Shown piece after piece: positions 9,899 to 19,519 of a stretch of 32,000 nt of DNA. Position numbers and translations under genes: made by a program. The stretch comes from Candidatus Saccharimonadota bacterium (GTDB lineage Bacteria; Pseudomonadota; Gammaproteobacteria; Enterobacterales; Enterobacteriaceae), in NCBI RefSeq assembly GCF_000185985.2, contig NC_014909.2:450001-482000 (forward strand). Direction: 5' to 3'. Numbering within the stretch: position 1 is the stretch's first letter; each line of letters opens with the position of its first letter. Under the pieces are notes generated by a model. That model was not told the DNA's origin and did not search any database. It saw only the letters and a list, made by a program, of their open reading frames with translations.

Positions 9899-11717
9899 AA
9901 TACACCTCTATTTATTTAATATTACCCTACTAATTACAAATTAACGATAACATGACCCTTATGATCAAATTGATATGTATATATATACCATATACATAAT
10001 AAAAATATATTATTCAAAACTAAAATCACATAATTATGTACAAAACACTAACTTTCACCTATACCTATTTATAGGTATAAAAATATACATGTTTAAAGCT
10101 TGCTAATCGTTAGTCAAAACATTTTCCCAGCTTATTTTACGATTATTAGCGTGTCATATATTTATTTATAAAATAATTAATAATGTATTAAAAATATATT
10201 TAAATCAATCAATACTACAAAAATATTTTATATAAATTCAAATATGAAAATAATTATTGAAATAATATACATTATTTTTCTATAAGAAACGATATATATA
10301 ATATATAATCAACTCAAAATTTATACATTCCGCTATTATATGTACTTATTCTATATTTAAAATACATATACGTATATTTATTTTCATAAATAACCAATCT
10401 TCTTACGCTATTTTTTAATTTTTACTACTATATTTACTATCCTGATCCCATTATAACACGCAATAATATCTATAATAAAAATTACATACCAGGTATTTGG
10501 AGACATACCCTACATTTAATGTATTAGCATAAATAATAATAAATTTTTTAATAATTTATCTAGATATTTACGTATTTAACTATTAAGCTAAAAATTAAAC
10601 TCATTTCATATTACATATATATAAATAACATATTATTCTTCTTATTAAGATAAATTAATTACAAAAACACAATACTGAACATAAAATCTATCGACATCTT
10701 CCCAATCTTTATAATTGAAAGAATATTTAATATTTGTACACAATCATTATATATATAAAATATATTAAATATTTTAAAAGTGCATTTTTATTTATTATTA
10801 TTAATCAAGTATTAGTATTGTAAATATATTAGTGAGTAATATTATACCCTAACTTATGAATATTATTCATACACACAACACTGATAATGAATAACAATAT
10901 TGGTGCAATTTACTGTCTTTTTATACAAATAAAGCTCTTAATTTTTACTAACGTTAAAAATAAGTATTTTTTTAATATACTATTTATTACAATTTATAAT
11001 ATTTGTTATCCCTAATTTCAAACGTTGAAAATTAACATATTTAACGAAATTCTAATAAATCTTCTGCCTAAAATTATGTTAATTTATTCTTGGCTTTAAC
11101 TCTCTTATTAAAAAAATTAATTATTAAAACCATTAATTTTAATATTATTTAAATAGACATACAATTACTAATTCTTAAACTATAAAAATTTTCAAAAAAA
11201 ATTCAATATATAGAAATAATATTCCTCGCTTTGAGTAAAATCACAGTAATACATTAATTATGTTCATATAATAAAATTATTAATTATGAAATCCATACGA
11301 ATACAAACCTAAACCAAATAAAATAAATATTTAAATATAATATTCTGGTACATATAATGAATATTATTAATATAATAAGTTTAAATTATATAATAGACAC
11401 ATTCAATTAAATACATGATCAAAAATAAAATAAAAATATATTTAATATTTTAAATTACACTTTTACTTAAATATACATCGAGTAAAATAATAGTTATACA
11501 CAATAAAAATTTTTAATAATATAAAATACATTAAATTATTAATAAATTTTTTAAATATTTAATAAAAAGAAAATATATTATTTGTATGATAATGTATATA
11601 AAAAATTTTATCAGCTAAAAAACTATAAACATATGTAAAAATCCGTACCATACATAAGATTTTACAAATATATTCATATTACAATATATAATAATATCAA
11701 CATTTGAGTATTTCATA
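9899..11717. other. 1.8 kb ORF-free AT-rich spacer between divergent rpmF and rne. Probable fully eroded remnant of the yceD / maf(yceF) / rluC region, and must hold the rpmF-fab and rne promoters/5' UTRs
   Basis: No ORF of track size (>=60 aa) in any of six frames. No tRNA-like GC-rich segment was seen on reading. In E. coli the rpmF-rne interval holds yceD, yceF and rluC. Confidence 0.6.
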
Positions 11718-13868
11718 ATGAAAAGAATGCTAATTAACGCCACTCAAAAAGAAGAACTTAGAGTAGCATTGGTAGATGGACAACGTTTATATGACTTGGA
11801 TATTGAAATAATCGGACATGCTCAAAAAAAATCTAATATTTACAAAGGTAAAATTATTCGTATAGAACCTAGTTTAGAAGCAGTATTTGTAGATTATGGT
11901 GCAGAACGACATGGATTTTTACCAATTAAAGAAATTGCCCGAGAATATTTTCTTTCTTCATCGTGTGCTCAAAATAAGTCTAACATCAAAGATATCTTAC
12001 GAGAAGGTCAAGAATTAATTGTACAAATAAATAAAGAAGAACGAGGAAATAAAGGTGCTGCCCTAACTACTTTTATTAGTTTAGCCGGTAGTTATTTAGT
12101 TTTAATGCCAAATAATCCAAAATCTGGAGGTATTTCACGAAGAATAGAAGGCAATGATCGCATAGAATTAAAAACAACCTTAGCTACTTTAGCATTGCCT
12201 GAAGGTATGAGTTTAATTATTCGCACAGCTGGAGTGGGTAAATCTGTAGCCGAATTAGAATGGGATTTGACCTCTCGGTTGCAACATTGGAAAAATATAA
12301 AAAACACAGCATCTATTCGATTAGCTCCATTTTTGATTCATCAAGACAGCAATGTCATTGTCAGAGCGTTTAGAGACTATCTTCGCCCAGATATAGGAGA
12401 AATTTTAATTGATAATCCTGATATTTTAAATGTAGCTAAAGAACATATCACTTCTTTAGGAAGACCAGATTTCGTAAAAAAAATTAAATTATATAATGGA
12501 GAAATTCCTTTATTTAGTCATTATCAAATCGAATCACAAATTGAATCTGCATTTCAACACGAAGTACGTTTACCGTCAGGAGGATCAATTGTTATTGATG
12601 CAACTGAGGCATTAACAGCAATTGATATAAATTCTGCTCGGTCAACAAAAGGATTAGACATTGAAGATACGGCTTTTAACACAAATTTAGAAGCAACAGA
12701 TGAAATAGCACGACAATTACGTCTTCGTGATATAGGTGGATTAGTAGTAATAGACTTCATAGATATGACATCAAATTCTCATCAACGAGAAATTGAAAAT
12801 ACTCTTCGAACAGTAGTACGTCAAGATAGAGCGCGTATTCAAGTCGGACGTATCTCTAAATTTGGATTATTAGAATTATCTAGACAGCGATTGAGACCTT
12901 CATTAGATGAATCTAGTCATCATGTTTGTCCTCGTTGTAGTGGGACAGGTAGTATTCGAGATAATGCATCACTTTCTTTATCTATCTTACGTTTAATCGA
13001 AGAAGAGGCATTAAAAGATAATACTTGTGAAGTACATGCAATCGTTCCTGTAGCTATTGCATCATACCTACTTAATGAAAAACGAAAAGCTATTAGCGAT
13101 ATTGAACAACGTCAAAAAGGAGTGAGAGCAATTATTGTACCGCATGAACAAATGAAAACTCCAAATTATGAAGTGCGTCGTATACGTAAGGGAGAAACAA
13201 ATAACAATCAACCAAGTTATGCATTAGCAACCTATCATAATAATAATTCAACATTATCTTCAGAAAATACAATCATACAAAATTATGATTTTGATGTAGA
13301 ACAAAAAAAATTATTAAAAAAAAAACAGAATACACTATCCCTAACAAAATTATATCAAGAAAACATATTATTTTCTTTAAACAATTTTAAACTAAGGCTC
13401 AAAAAAAATATCTTTAAAATTATTAAACTAATTAATTTTTATTTACTCTTTAAACAATTAATACGGAAACACATTTATACGATGCAAACATGGATAAAAA
13501 CAATACATAAATGCAATATTAAAAATAAAATATATATCTCTTCTTTTAATAAAAAAAAGAATTTGCAATATAATAAACATCCAAAAAAATTATTATATCA
13601 ATATAGTGCTAATTTTAATAATAAACAGAGTGTAAATAATAAAAAGAAAATCAATTCTAATATTGATTACAAAAATAAAAAAAACAATTTTAATAATCAC
13701 AATTCAACACAGTTACGTTATAAAAAACAACCTTATTCAAGTATATATTTTTCAAAATTTATTAAAAGTGATATGAATCATTCTCTTGATAATTTTTCTA
13801 TTATGAATATAAAAAAAAATACACATCAGATGAAAAAAAAGTTTAAAAGAAAAGAAAATTCTATATAA
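11718..13868 (+). CDS. rne: Ribonuclease E: conserved N-terminal catalytic half, with a short divergent Lys/Asn-rich C-terminal tail
   Basis: 716 aa. Starts [30 protein letters not shown]. Contains S1 domain, DNase I-like site AIDINSAR, and Zn-link CPRCSGTG. Colinear with E. coli Rne to about residue 500 (..[10 protein letters not shown]). The last ~215 aa are low complexity. Confidence 0.9.
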   Translation: MKRMLINATQKEELRVALVDGQRLYDLDIEIIGHAQKKSNIYKGKIIRIEPSLEAVFVDYGAERHGFLPIKEIAREYFLSSSCAQNKSNIKDILREGQELIVQINKEERGNKGAALTTFISLAGSYLVLMPNNPKSGGISRRIEGNDRIELKTTLATLALPEGMSLIIRTAGVGKSVAELEWDLTSRLQHWKNIKNTASIRLAPFLIHQDSNVIVRAFRDYLRPDIGEILIDNPDILNVAKEHITSLGRPDFVKKIKLYNGEIPLFSHYQIESQIESAFQHEVRLPSGGSIVIDATEALTAIDINSARSTKGLDIEDTAFNTNLEATDEIARQLRLRDIGGLVVIDFIDMTSNSHQREIENTLRTVVRQDRARIQVGRISKFGLLELSRQRLRPSLDESSHHVCPRCSGTGSIRDNASLSLSILRLIEEEALKDNTCEVHAIVPVAIASYLLNEKRKAISDIEQRQKGVRAIIVPHEQMKTPNYEVRRIRKGETNNNQPSYALATYHNNNSTLSSENTIIQNYDFDVEQKKLLKKKQNTLSLTKLYQENILFSLNNFKLRLKKNIFKIIKLINFYLLFKQLIRKHIYTMQTWIKTIHKCNIKNKIYISSFNKKKNLQYNKHPKKLLYQYSANFNNKQSVNNKKKINSNIDYKNKKNNFNNHNSTQLRYKKQPYSSIYFSKFIKSDMNHSLDNFSIMNIKKNTHQMKKKFKRKENSI

Positions 13869-13907
13869 AATGACCGTTATTTTTTTTGATAAAATAACGG
13901 TCATTTT
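13867..13907. terminator. Rho-independent (bidirectional-type) terminator directly after rne
   Basis: 17-nt perfect inverted repeat aaaatgaccgttatttt / aaaataacggtcatttt with 7-nt loop ttttgat. The left arm overlaps the rne TAA. Architecture is A-tract, GC-containing core (tgaccg/cggtca), then T-tract. Confidence 0.65.
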
Positions 13908-14502
13908 ACTAGCAGACAAAAATTTTTATTTAATTAAAATATAAAAAATCCACATCTATCCTAATTTATATATATAAATATTCTATATAATAAAAAATGC
14001 ATATATTTTCATTAAATTAATTTCTAAACAGAAAAACGGGCAATTTATTTTTCCATAATTTCTTTAAAAAGAAACACCATTAAACCCATCTTTTTAAAAA
14101 AATAAATGAACTACACGTATACATATCATATAATATAAAAATTAACAGACTTCACTGCGTTTTTAATAACATGACTTTTATTTATATTTAATAATATTAA
14201 ATATATTATTTGAAGTTAACTGCAAATAAAATAATATTTATGCATACAATAAACATCTATAAGATAATTTACATTATATTATCATTCCAAATTACTGATT
14301 ATTATTTATAATAATAACTTAATGCCGTTTATTAAAAATATACAATAATGTTTATTGAATGAATATTATAAATTGATAAAAAATTATACAATCCATAAAA
14401 CAATTACTATTCTGTATAAATATAAAGTTAATTTAATTTAAAATCTTGATTAAATATTATAATAATATACTTATATCTAAATTGAATCATATATCAGTAA
14501 TA

Positions 14503-15486
14503 ATGAACATAATTGCGATTAAATGTTTTAATTTTTTTAACAAAAGATTATCTATAGGAATCAAAACATTAAAAATATTAATGTATATTATTTTAAACAT
14601 ACACTTTCATTATGTTGTTGCGGAGATATATTTATTATCTAATAATAATAACATTCTGGGAGAAAACTTAAGATATACTATCCCTAATAATAATTCACAT
14701 TCCTTAGAATATTTTGCTAAAAAGTTTAAAGTAGGATTACGAAACCTATTAGCAGCTAACCCAGATATTGATCTATATCTTCCAGATTCAGGAAAACCCA
14801 TTCTTATACCAAAAAAATTAATTTTACCAAATACTCCTCATAAAGGAATTATTATAAATATTGCTGAAATGAGATTATATTATTATCCTAATACTAAAAA
14901 CAATAATATTGTTATGGTGTTTCCTATATCTATTGGTACCCCTACCCATGAAACACCATCACAATGGATAACTTCAATAAAAGATAAAAAAAAAGATCCT
15001 ATTTGGATCCCTACCCAAAATATTCGAAATGAATATATAAAAAGAGCCGAAATTCTACCTTTAATGATTTTATCAGGACCTAATAATCCTTTAGGATCTT
15101 ATGCTTTATATTTAGGCAACAGTTATGCGATACATGGATCTAATACAAATTTAGGAATTGGATTAAGAGTAACAAGAGGATGTATTAGATTAAGAACAGA
15201 AGATATAAAACTTCTTTATACCCTGGTCCCATTAAACACTAGAGTACAATTTATTAATGAGCCAATAAAAATAGCTATTGATTCAAATGGAATGCAATAC
15301 TTAGAAATACATACTCCTTTATCCACTATAAATAATAAACAAGACAATAAAACAGCAACCATACATAATTTAAAAATACGTACATATACAATGCTACAAA
15401 AAAATAATTTTAAAAACATAAATTTTTTAAAAGTAAATCAAGCCTTAGAAGAATGTTTAGGGATACCAATTGAAATCACAACATAA
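14503..15486 (+). CDS. ldtB: Periplasmic L,D-transpeptidase (LysM + YkuD domains), YbiS/LdtB-like
   Basis: Catalytic motif HGSNTNLGIGLRVTRGCIRL, plus AEMRLYYYP, NPLGSYALYLG and VQFINEPIK. By recall it is closest to E. coli YbiS (LdtB) among the ErfK/YbiS/YcfS paralogues. The start is uncertain: the track uses TTG at 14446, I prefer ATG at 14503, and ATG at 14581 is also possible. Confidence 0.85.
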   Translation: MNIIAIKCFNFFNKRLSIGIKTLKILMYIILNIHFHYVVAEIYLLSNNNNILGENLRYTIPNNNSHSLEYFAKKFKVGLRNLLAANPDIDLYLPDSGKPILIPKKLILPNTPHKGIIINIAEMRLYYYPNTKNNNIVMVFPISIGTPTHETPSQWITSIKDKKKDPIWIPTQNIRNEYIKRAEILPLMILSGPNNPLGSYALYLGNSYAIHGSNTNLGIGLRVTRGCIRLRTEDIKLLYTLVPLNTRVQFINEPIKIAIDSNGMQYLEIHTPLSTINNKQDNKTATIHNLKIRTYTMLQKNNFKNINFLKVNQALEECLGIPIEITT

Positions 15487-15721
15487 CCTCATTGTCATTA
15501 TCATGTTGTTATACAAAAATACTTATTTATACAATTTCGGGCTTAAAAAAATTATTAAAATTTATAATCTACTCTTTACTTCTTTAAATTAAAATATTAA
15601 TAAAATTACCCATAAAACAAAAAATTATTTTTAATCATTCTGAATAATAAAACTATATACTTAATATCAATTCTACTATTTGATCTACACAATCATATTA
15701 ACATTACATATTTTAAATATA

Positions 15722-15803
15722 TACCCGGGACGAGATTTGAACTCGTACAGCATAAGCTGAGGGATTTTAAGTCCCTTGTGTCTACCTATTCCACCACCCG
15801 GGC
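15722..15803 (-). tRNA. leuZ: tRNA-Leu (anticodon UAA), class II with long variable arm; no encoded CCA
   Basis: Reverse complement is GCCCGGGTGGTGGAATAGGTAGACACAAGGGACTTAAAATCCCTCAGCTTATGCTGTACGAGTTCAAATCTCGTCCCGGGTA. Anticodon loop CTTAAAA. Very similar to E. coli leuZ, including the G1-U72 pair. Position downstream of cysT matches E. coli. Confidence 0.9.
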
Positions 15804-15864
15804 TTTTTCAATTATGCAAATAAAAAATATAAATATTTTACATAAAATTTTACTAATAAAACAC

Positions 15865-15935
15865 AGGCGCGTCTCGGGCTTGAACCGAGCTAAACGGATT
15901 TGCAGTCCGCTACATAACCTCTCTGTCAACGCGCC
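15865..15935 (-). tRNA. cysT: tRNA-Cys (anticodon GCA); no encoded CCA
   Basis: Reverse complement is GGCGCGTTGACAGAGAGGTTATGTAGCGGACTGCAAATCCGTTTAGCTCGGTTCAAGCCCGAGACGCGCCT. Anticodon loop CTGCAAA. Closely matches E. coli tRNA-Cys. It lies downstream of pgsA. Confidence 0.9.
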
Positions 15936-16322
15936 CCTCATTTTCAATAAAACTATTATTAATTCATTGTGTAATAAATATATTTAATTTTTATAACGTA
16001 TGCATTATTAAAATGCATAATGCATAATTGCTAAATCAACACATCCCTAAAAAATATTATTTGTATATTGCCGTTTGCAATATAAAAAAAAATAATAAAA
16101 ATATCATGCTACTAATTTGAAAATAATTTATTGTTATTCTATTATAATCTTGTAATTATTTTTTTATATTTTTATACTGTACTATCCGTACCCTTTTATA
16201 TTTATATTTGATGTATATATTTTATATATATAATACATTTTAAGAAATTATACAAACATTACTAAAATTAATGCATATATACAAATAAATAAAATTAAAC
16301 TATTAATGATGTCAATCAATAG

Positions 16323-16907
16323 TTATAATTTAACAATTATACAACATGCAGTATACAAGTAATAACATAACGACCATAATGCCAATACAACTGAAACATA
16401 CAGAGCCACTATTCCTGTTATCATTGTCCACTCATTAAATCTACATAACAATACAATTAATGCAGACATTTGTATAAAAGTTTTTAATTTACTTAACCAA
16501 GATACAGAAAGATCACGGTGATTATAAATTTTAGCTATCCATTCTCGTAATGCTGAAATAATAATTTCTCTAATAATCATACTAGATATAGGTAAAGTCA
16601 TCCACCACACGTGGAAATATTCAGATATCAAAACAAACGCTGTAATGATCATAATTTTGTCTACCACCGGATCTAAAAATTTTCCAATTTTACTGGTTTG
16701 TTTCCATCTACGCGCTAAAAAACCATCAAACCAATCTGTAATAGCAGCAGTAATAAATATAATCGTGCAAAGTATTGGCCCCCATTGTACCGGTAAATAA
16801 AATACTATAGTAAAACACGGCACCATCACTAACCTAAATAAGGTTAAAAAAATCGGTATATTAAAAGTATTACAACATTTAATAAGAGTAAATATGATTA
16901 ACATCAT
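16323..16907 (-). CDS. pgsA: CDP-diacylglycerol--glycerol-3-phosphate 3-phosphatidyltransferase
   Basis: 194 aa. CDP-alcohol phosphatidyltransferase motif [11 protein letters not shown]....G.FLDPVVDK, plus IISALREW. Colinear with E. coli PgsA after a ~14-aa N-terminal extension. Confidence 0.93.
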   Translation of the reverse strand: MMLIIFTLIKCCNTFNIPIFLTLFRLVMVPCFTIVFYLPVQWGPILCTIIFITAAITDWFDGFLARRWKQTSKIGKFLDPVVDKIMIITAFVLISEYFHVWWMTLPISSMIIREIIISALREWIAKIYNHRDLSVSWLSKLKTFIQMSALIVLLCRFNEWTMITGIVALYVSVVLALWSLCYYLYTACCIIVKL

Positions 16908-17132
16908 TACACATTACATAGCATAGGCAATTCAATATACTATTTTTATTTTAAAGAATTTATTTATATTCAGTTTATAAATACATTAGGAGTTATTATA
17001 CATAATTTTATATATATTTATAATTTTTTACCCTGATTCAAAAAAATGTTATTTTTTGGATTATTTTATTGTATACATATTTACTTATTGTATAACAAAT
17101 TATATAAACAATTTACTATATGCAACATATGT

Positions 17133-17205
17133 GGGTCGTTAGCTTAACTGGCAGAGCAGTTGACTCTTAATCAATTGGTTATAGGTTCGAATCCTATACG
17201 ACCCA
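17133..17205 (+). tRNA. tRNA-Lys with anticodon CUU; no encoded CCA
   Basis: GGGTCGTTAGCTTAACTGGCAGAGCAGTTGACTCTTAATCAATTGGTTATAGGTTCGAATCCTATACGACCCA. Cloverleaf is 7/4/5/5 bp with anticodon loop CTCTTAA. The acceptor, anticodon stem and T-loop are the same as E. coli tRNA-Lys(UUU), except C at position 34. Confidence 0.85.
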
Positions 17206-17323
17206 TAAAAATATTAGTTTTTATTTAAGTAAACAATTATGATTTATACCTATACAAATAGAAACTAAAAAACAAATCATTATATTTAAAATATACAAAT
17301 CCTTAAAAACATAATTATTTGTT

Positions 17324-17467
17324 AACATTCATATATACAAGGCTGATTTTTGGAGGAGTAGAGATTCGAACTCTAGAATGTAAAAAAATACATTACCGAT
17401 TTTCAAGACCGACGCCTTCATCCACTCGGCCACTCCTCCAAAAATCAGCCTTGTATATATGAATGTT
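17324..17467. repeat. 35-nt perfect inverted repeat enclosing tRNA-Ser (7 bp acceptor stem plus a 28 bp leader/trailer extension)
   Basis: 17324-17358 aacattcatatatacaaggctgatttttggaggag is the exact reverse complement of 17433-17467 ctcctccaaaaatcagccttgtatatatgaatgtt. I verified this base by base. Confidence 0.9.
17351..17439 (-). tRNA. serT: tRNA-Ser (anticodon UGA), class II; AT-rich variable arm; no encoded CCA
   Basis: Reverse complement is GGAGGAGTGGCCGAGTGGATGAAGGCGTCGGTCTTGAAAATCGGTAATGTATTTTTTTACATTCTAGAGTTCGAATCTCTACTCCTCCA. Anticodon loop CTTGAAA. The D-arm and T-arm resemble E. coli serT. The variable arm is the hairpin aatgta-ttttttt-tacatt. Confidence 0.85.
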
Positions 17468-17593
17468 TATTTAATAAAACACTCCTAAATCAATTAGGAA
17501 ATAAATGCATAAAATATATATCATATAATATGATACAATAACATATAATTAAAAATTATTTTTCAAATATATACAAATTATAATAATGAAACC

Positions 17594-17923
17594 ATGAAAC
17601 AAGACCAATTTAATATCAATACTGATCTAGAAGGATATTTAATAAACTTTGAAGACTGGAACTCAAAAATAGCCATAAAATTAGCTAACTCAGAAGGCAT
17701 TAAACTTAATAAAATACATTGGGATCTTATTTATTTTGTGCGTATGTTTTATAAAGAATATAAAATGCTACCAAAAATTCAAACATTAATTAGCATTATC
17801 ACACTAAAACACGGACAAATAAAAGGAAACAGTAGATATCTAATTAAACTTTTTCCTAAAAAATCAGTTACTCAGCAGATTTCAAAAATAGCTGGTCTTC
17901 CAAAACCAAAAAAGTGTTTATAA
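17594..17923 (+). CDS. tusE: Sulfurtransferase TusE (DsrC family), part of the tRNA 2-thiouridine sulfur relay
   Basis: 109 aa. D.EGYL, HW..I.FVR.FY.E, GNSRYL..LFPK, and a C-terminal AGLPKPKKCL carrying the conserved penultimate Cys. Colinear with E. coli TusE (YccK). Confidence 0.85.
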   Translation: MKQDQFNINTDLEGYLINFEDWNSKIAIKLANSEGIKLNKIHWDLIYFVRMFYKEYKMLPKIQTLISIITLKHGQIKGNSRYLIKLFPKKSVTQQISKIAGLPKPKKCL

Positions 17924-18113
17924 TAAAATAGAAAAAATTTTATTTCTACGTTTATACTTATATATAAACCTCAAAATTTTTAACAATTTTAACTAATACT
18001 TAACAATCGAAATCTTATACATAACTTAATCCATACACTAACTCTTGATTTTATGATAACTATCCCATATTTATAATAATTAGACAATGATAACCTCAAA
18101 GAGGGGTATATTT

Positions 18114-18431
18114 ATGATATCTAGTAAGTTTGGAATAGGACAACAGGTACGACATAGATTATTAGGATATTTGGGAGTAGTAATAGATGTCGATCCAGAA
18201 TATTCATTAGAAAAACCAACTTTATCTGAAATTACTGGCGATGATTCCTTACGACAATTTCCTTGGTACCATGTAGTTATGGAAGATGAAGACGGTAAAC
18301 CTATTCATACTTATTTAGCAGAAGTTCAATTAGGATACGTAGATACTCCTGGGCATCTAGATCAATCTACTTTAGATGATTTATCTGCATCTATTAAATT
18401 GCAATTAAAATCTCCCCGATTAAGAAACTAG
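18114..18431 (+). CDS. hspQ: Heat-shock protein HspQ (YccV), hemimethylated-DNA-binding family
   Basis: Homology begins at the internal Met: [29 protein letters not shown] aligns with E. coli [32 protein letters not shown]. That gives 105 aa, as in E. coli. A GAGGGG Shine-Dalgarno-like motif ends 8 nt upstream of the 18114 ATG. The C-terminus ...SPRLRN is conserved. The track start 18087 is probably too early. Confidence 0.9.
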   Translation: MISSKFGIGQQVRHRLLGYLGVVIDVDPEYSLEKPTLSEITGDDSLRQFPWYHVVMEDEDGKPIHTYLAEVQLGYVDTPGHLDQSTLDDLSASIKLQLKSPRLRN

Positions 18432-18767
18432 TGTATTAATAATATTACAGATTATTAATAAATTTTATACAATACATTATCCAAATTATTTTTTACAATA
18501 TAATTAGTTTATTCTAATTATTTTTATCATATTAAATAATAAAAACATATTTAATTAAAAAATTGAATCAATTAATATTACTTCTTATACACTATTTCTT
18601 TTAAATAACAGTGTTTTTTATCATATAAGAATATATATAATTTTCGAAACAAAATTTTTCTTTATTCATAACGTACAGATACTATATAGCTATCTTTTAT
18701 AAAATAATAACAACTGAATAATATAAATATGATTTAACAAAAAATATCCAATAGGACAAATGTTTAT

Positions 18768-19286
18768 ATGCAAAATAAACGAGAATCTTACACTAAAGAA
18801 GATTTATTAAACTCAAGCAAGGGAAAATTATTTGGTAACAAAGGACCAGTGCTTCCCGCTCCTAATATGTTAATGTTAGATCGCATAACAAAAATGACTA
18901 TGAACGGAGGTAATTATAATAAAGGTTTTGTATCAGCAGAATTGGACATCCGAGCAGATATGTGGTTTTTTAATTGTCATTTCATCAATGATCCTGTTAT
19001 GCCAGGATGTTTAGGATTAGATGCAATGTGGCAATTGGTAGGTTTTTATTTAGGTTGGATTGGAGGAGAAGGTAGAGGACGAGCTTTAGGGGTAAAAGAA
19101 GTAAAATTTACTGGTCAAATTCTTCCTACATCTAAAAAAGTTACTTATTTTATTCATTTTCGCAAAATTATCAACAGAACATTAATTATGGGAATGGCTG
19201 ACGGAGAAGTTTTATGCGATAAAAAAATAATTTATACTGCAACTGATTTAAAAGTTGGATTATTTAAAAACGTTACAAATTTTTAA
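18768..19286 (+). CDS. fabA: 3-hydroxydecanoyl-ACP dehydratase/isomerase
   Basis: 172 aa. [11 protein letters not shown], active-site region [31 protein letters not shown]. Near-identical architecture to E. coli FabA. Confidence 0.95.
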   Translation: MQNKRESYTKEDLLNSSKGKLFGNKGPVLPAPNMLMLDRITKMTMNGGNYNKGFVSAELDIRADMWFFNCHFINDPVMPGCLGLDAMWQLVGFYLGWIGGEGRGRALGVKEVKFTGQILPTSKKVTYFIHFRKIINRTLIMGMADGEVLCDKKIIYTATDLKVGLFKNVTNF

Positions 19287-19519
19287 CACGTATAATATTA
19301 CGTATTAAATACATATACACAATAATTAAATAATCTATATATAATTTTTATAATAAAAATTAATAACCTAAATTAATACAATTATATCAATTTTATCTGA
19401 TATAGTTATATTTTTGCATCATATCACAATGAATTTTTAAATACACAGTACAAAGATATATAAAAAATCAAATGTAATATATATGTATATATTACTTTAA
19501 TATATATAGGAATTTTATA

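Noticed and set aside
10060-10079. 20-nt perfect palindrome tatacctat-tt-ataggtata ~160 nt upstream of rpmF
   Set aside because: At this base composition, a 9-bp palindrome somewhere in a 1.8 kb spacer is roughly expected by chance. The 2-nt loop is also too tight for a hairpin. There is no supporting evidence for an operator.
11494-11502. TTATACACA, identical to a DnaA R-box variant, upstream of rne
   Set aside because: It is a single 9-mer with no clustered boxes or adjacent AT-rich 13-mers standing out from the already AT-rich background. That makes it chance-level, not an origin.
12092-12760. Two minus-strand ORFs (71 and 68 aa) inside rne
   Set aside because: They are antisense to the most conserved part of the RNase E catalytic domain, so they are shadow ORFs.
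14610-15419. Two minus-strand ORFs (63 and 67 aa) inside the L,D-transpeptidase gene
   Set aside because: They are antisense shadows, hydrophobic low-complexity translations of AT-rich DNA.
15778-15987. 69-aa + strand ORF
   Set aside because: It overlaps the antisense of tRNA-Leu and the whole of tRNA-Cys. The GC-rich tRNA sequence simply keeps a frame open.
15999-16027. Cluster of ATGCAT palindromes / small hairpin (tatgcatt-attaa-aatgcata, then tgcataa repeated) between pgsA and tRNA-Cys
   Set aside because: The stem is short (8 bp) and AT-rich with no U-tract, and the repeat unit is low complexity. It is not distinguishable from chance.
17324-17467. Inverted repeat around tRNA-Ser as a MITE/IS or integrase att relic
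   Set aside because: There is no transposase or integrase ORF and no flanking target-site duplication (left flank ..tatttgtt, right flank tatttaat..). Element integration at tRNAs produces direct repeats, not inverted ones. I kept it as a structural finding instead.
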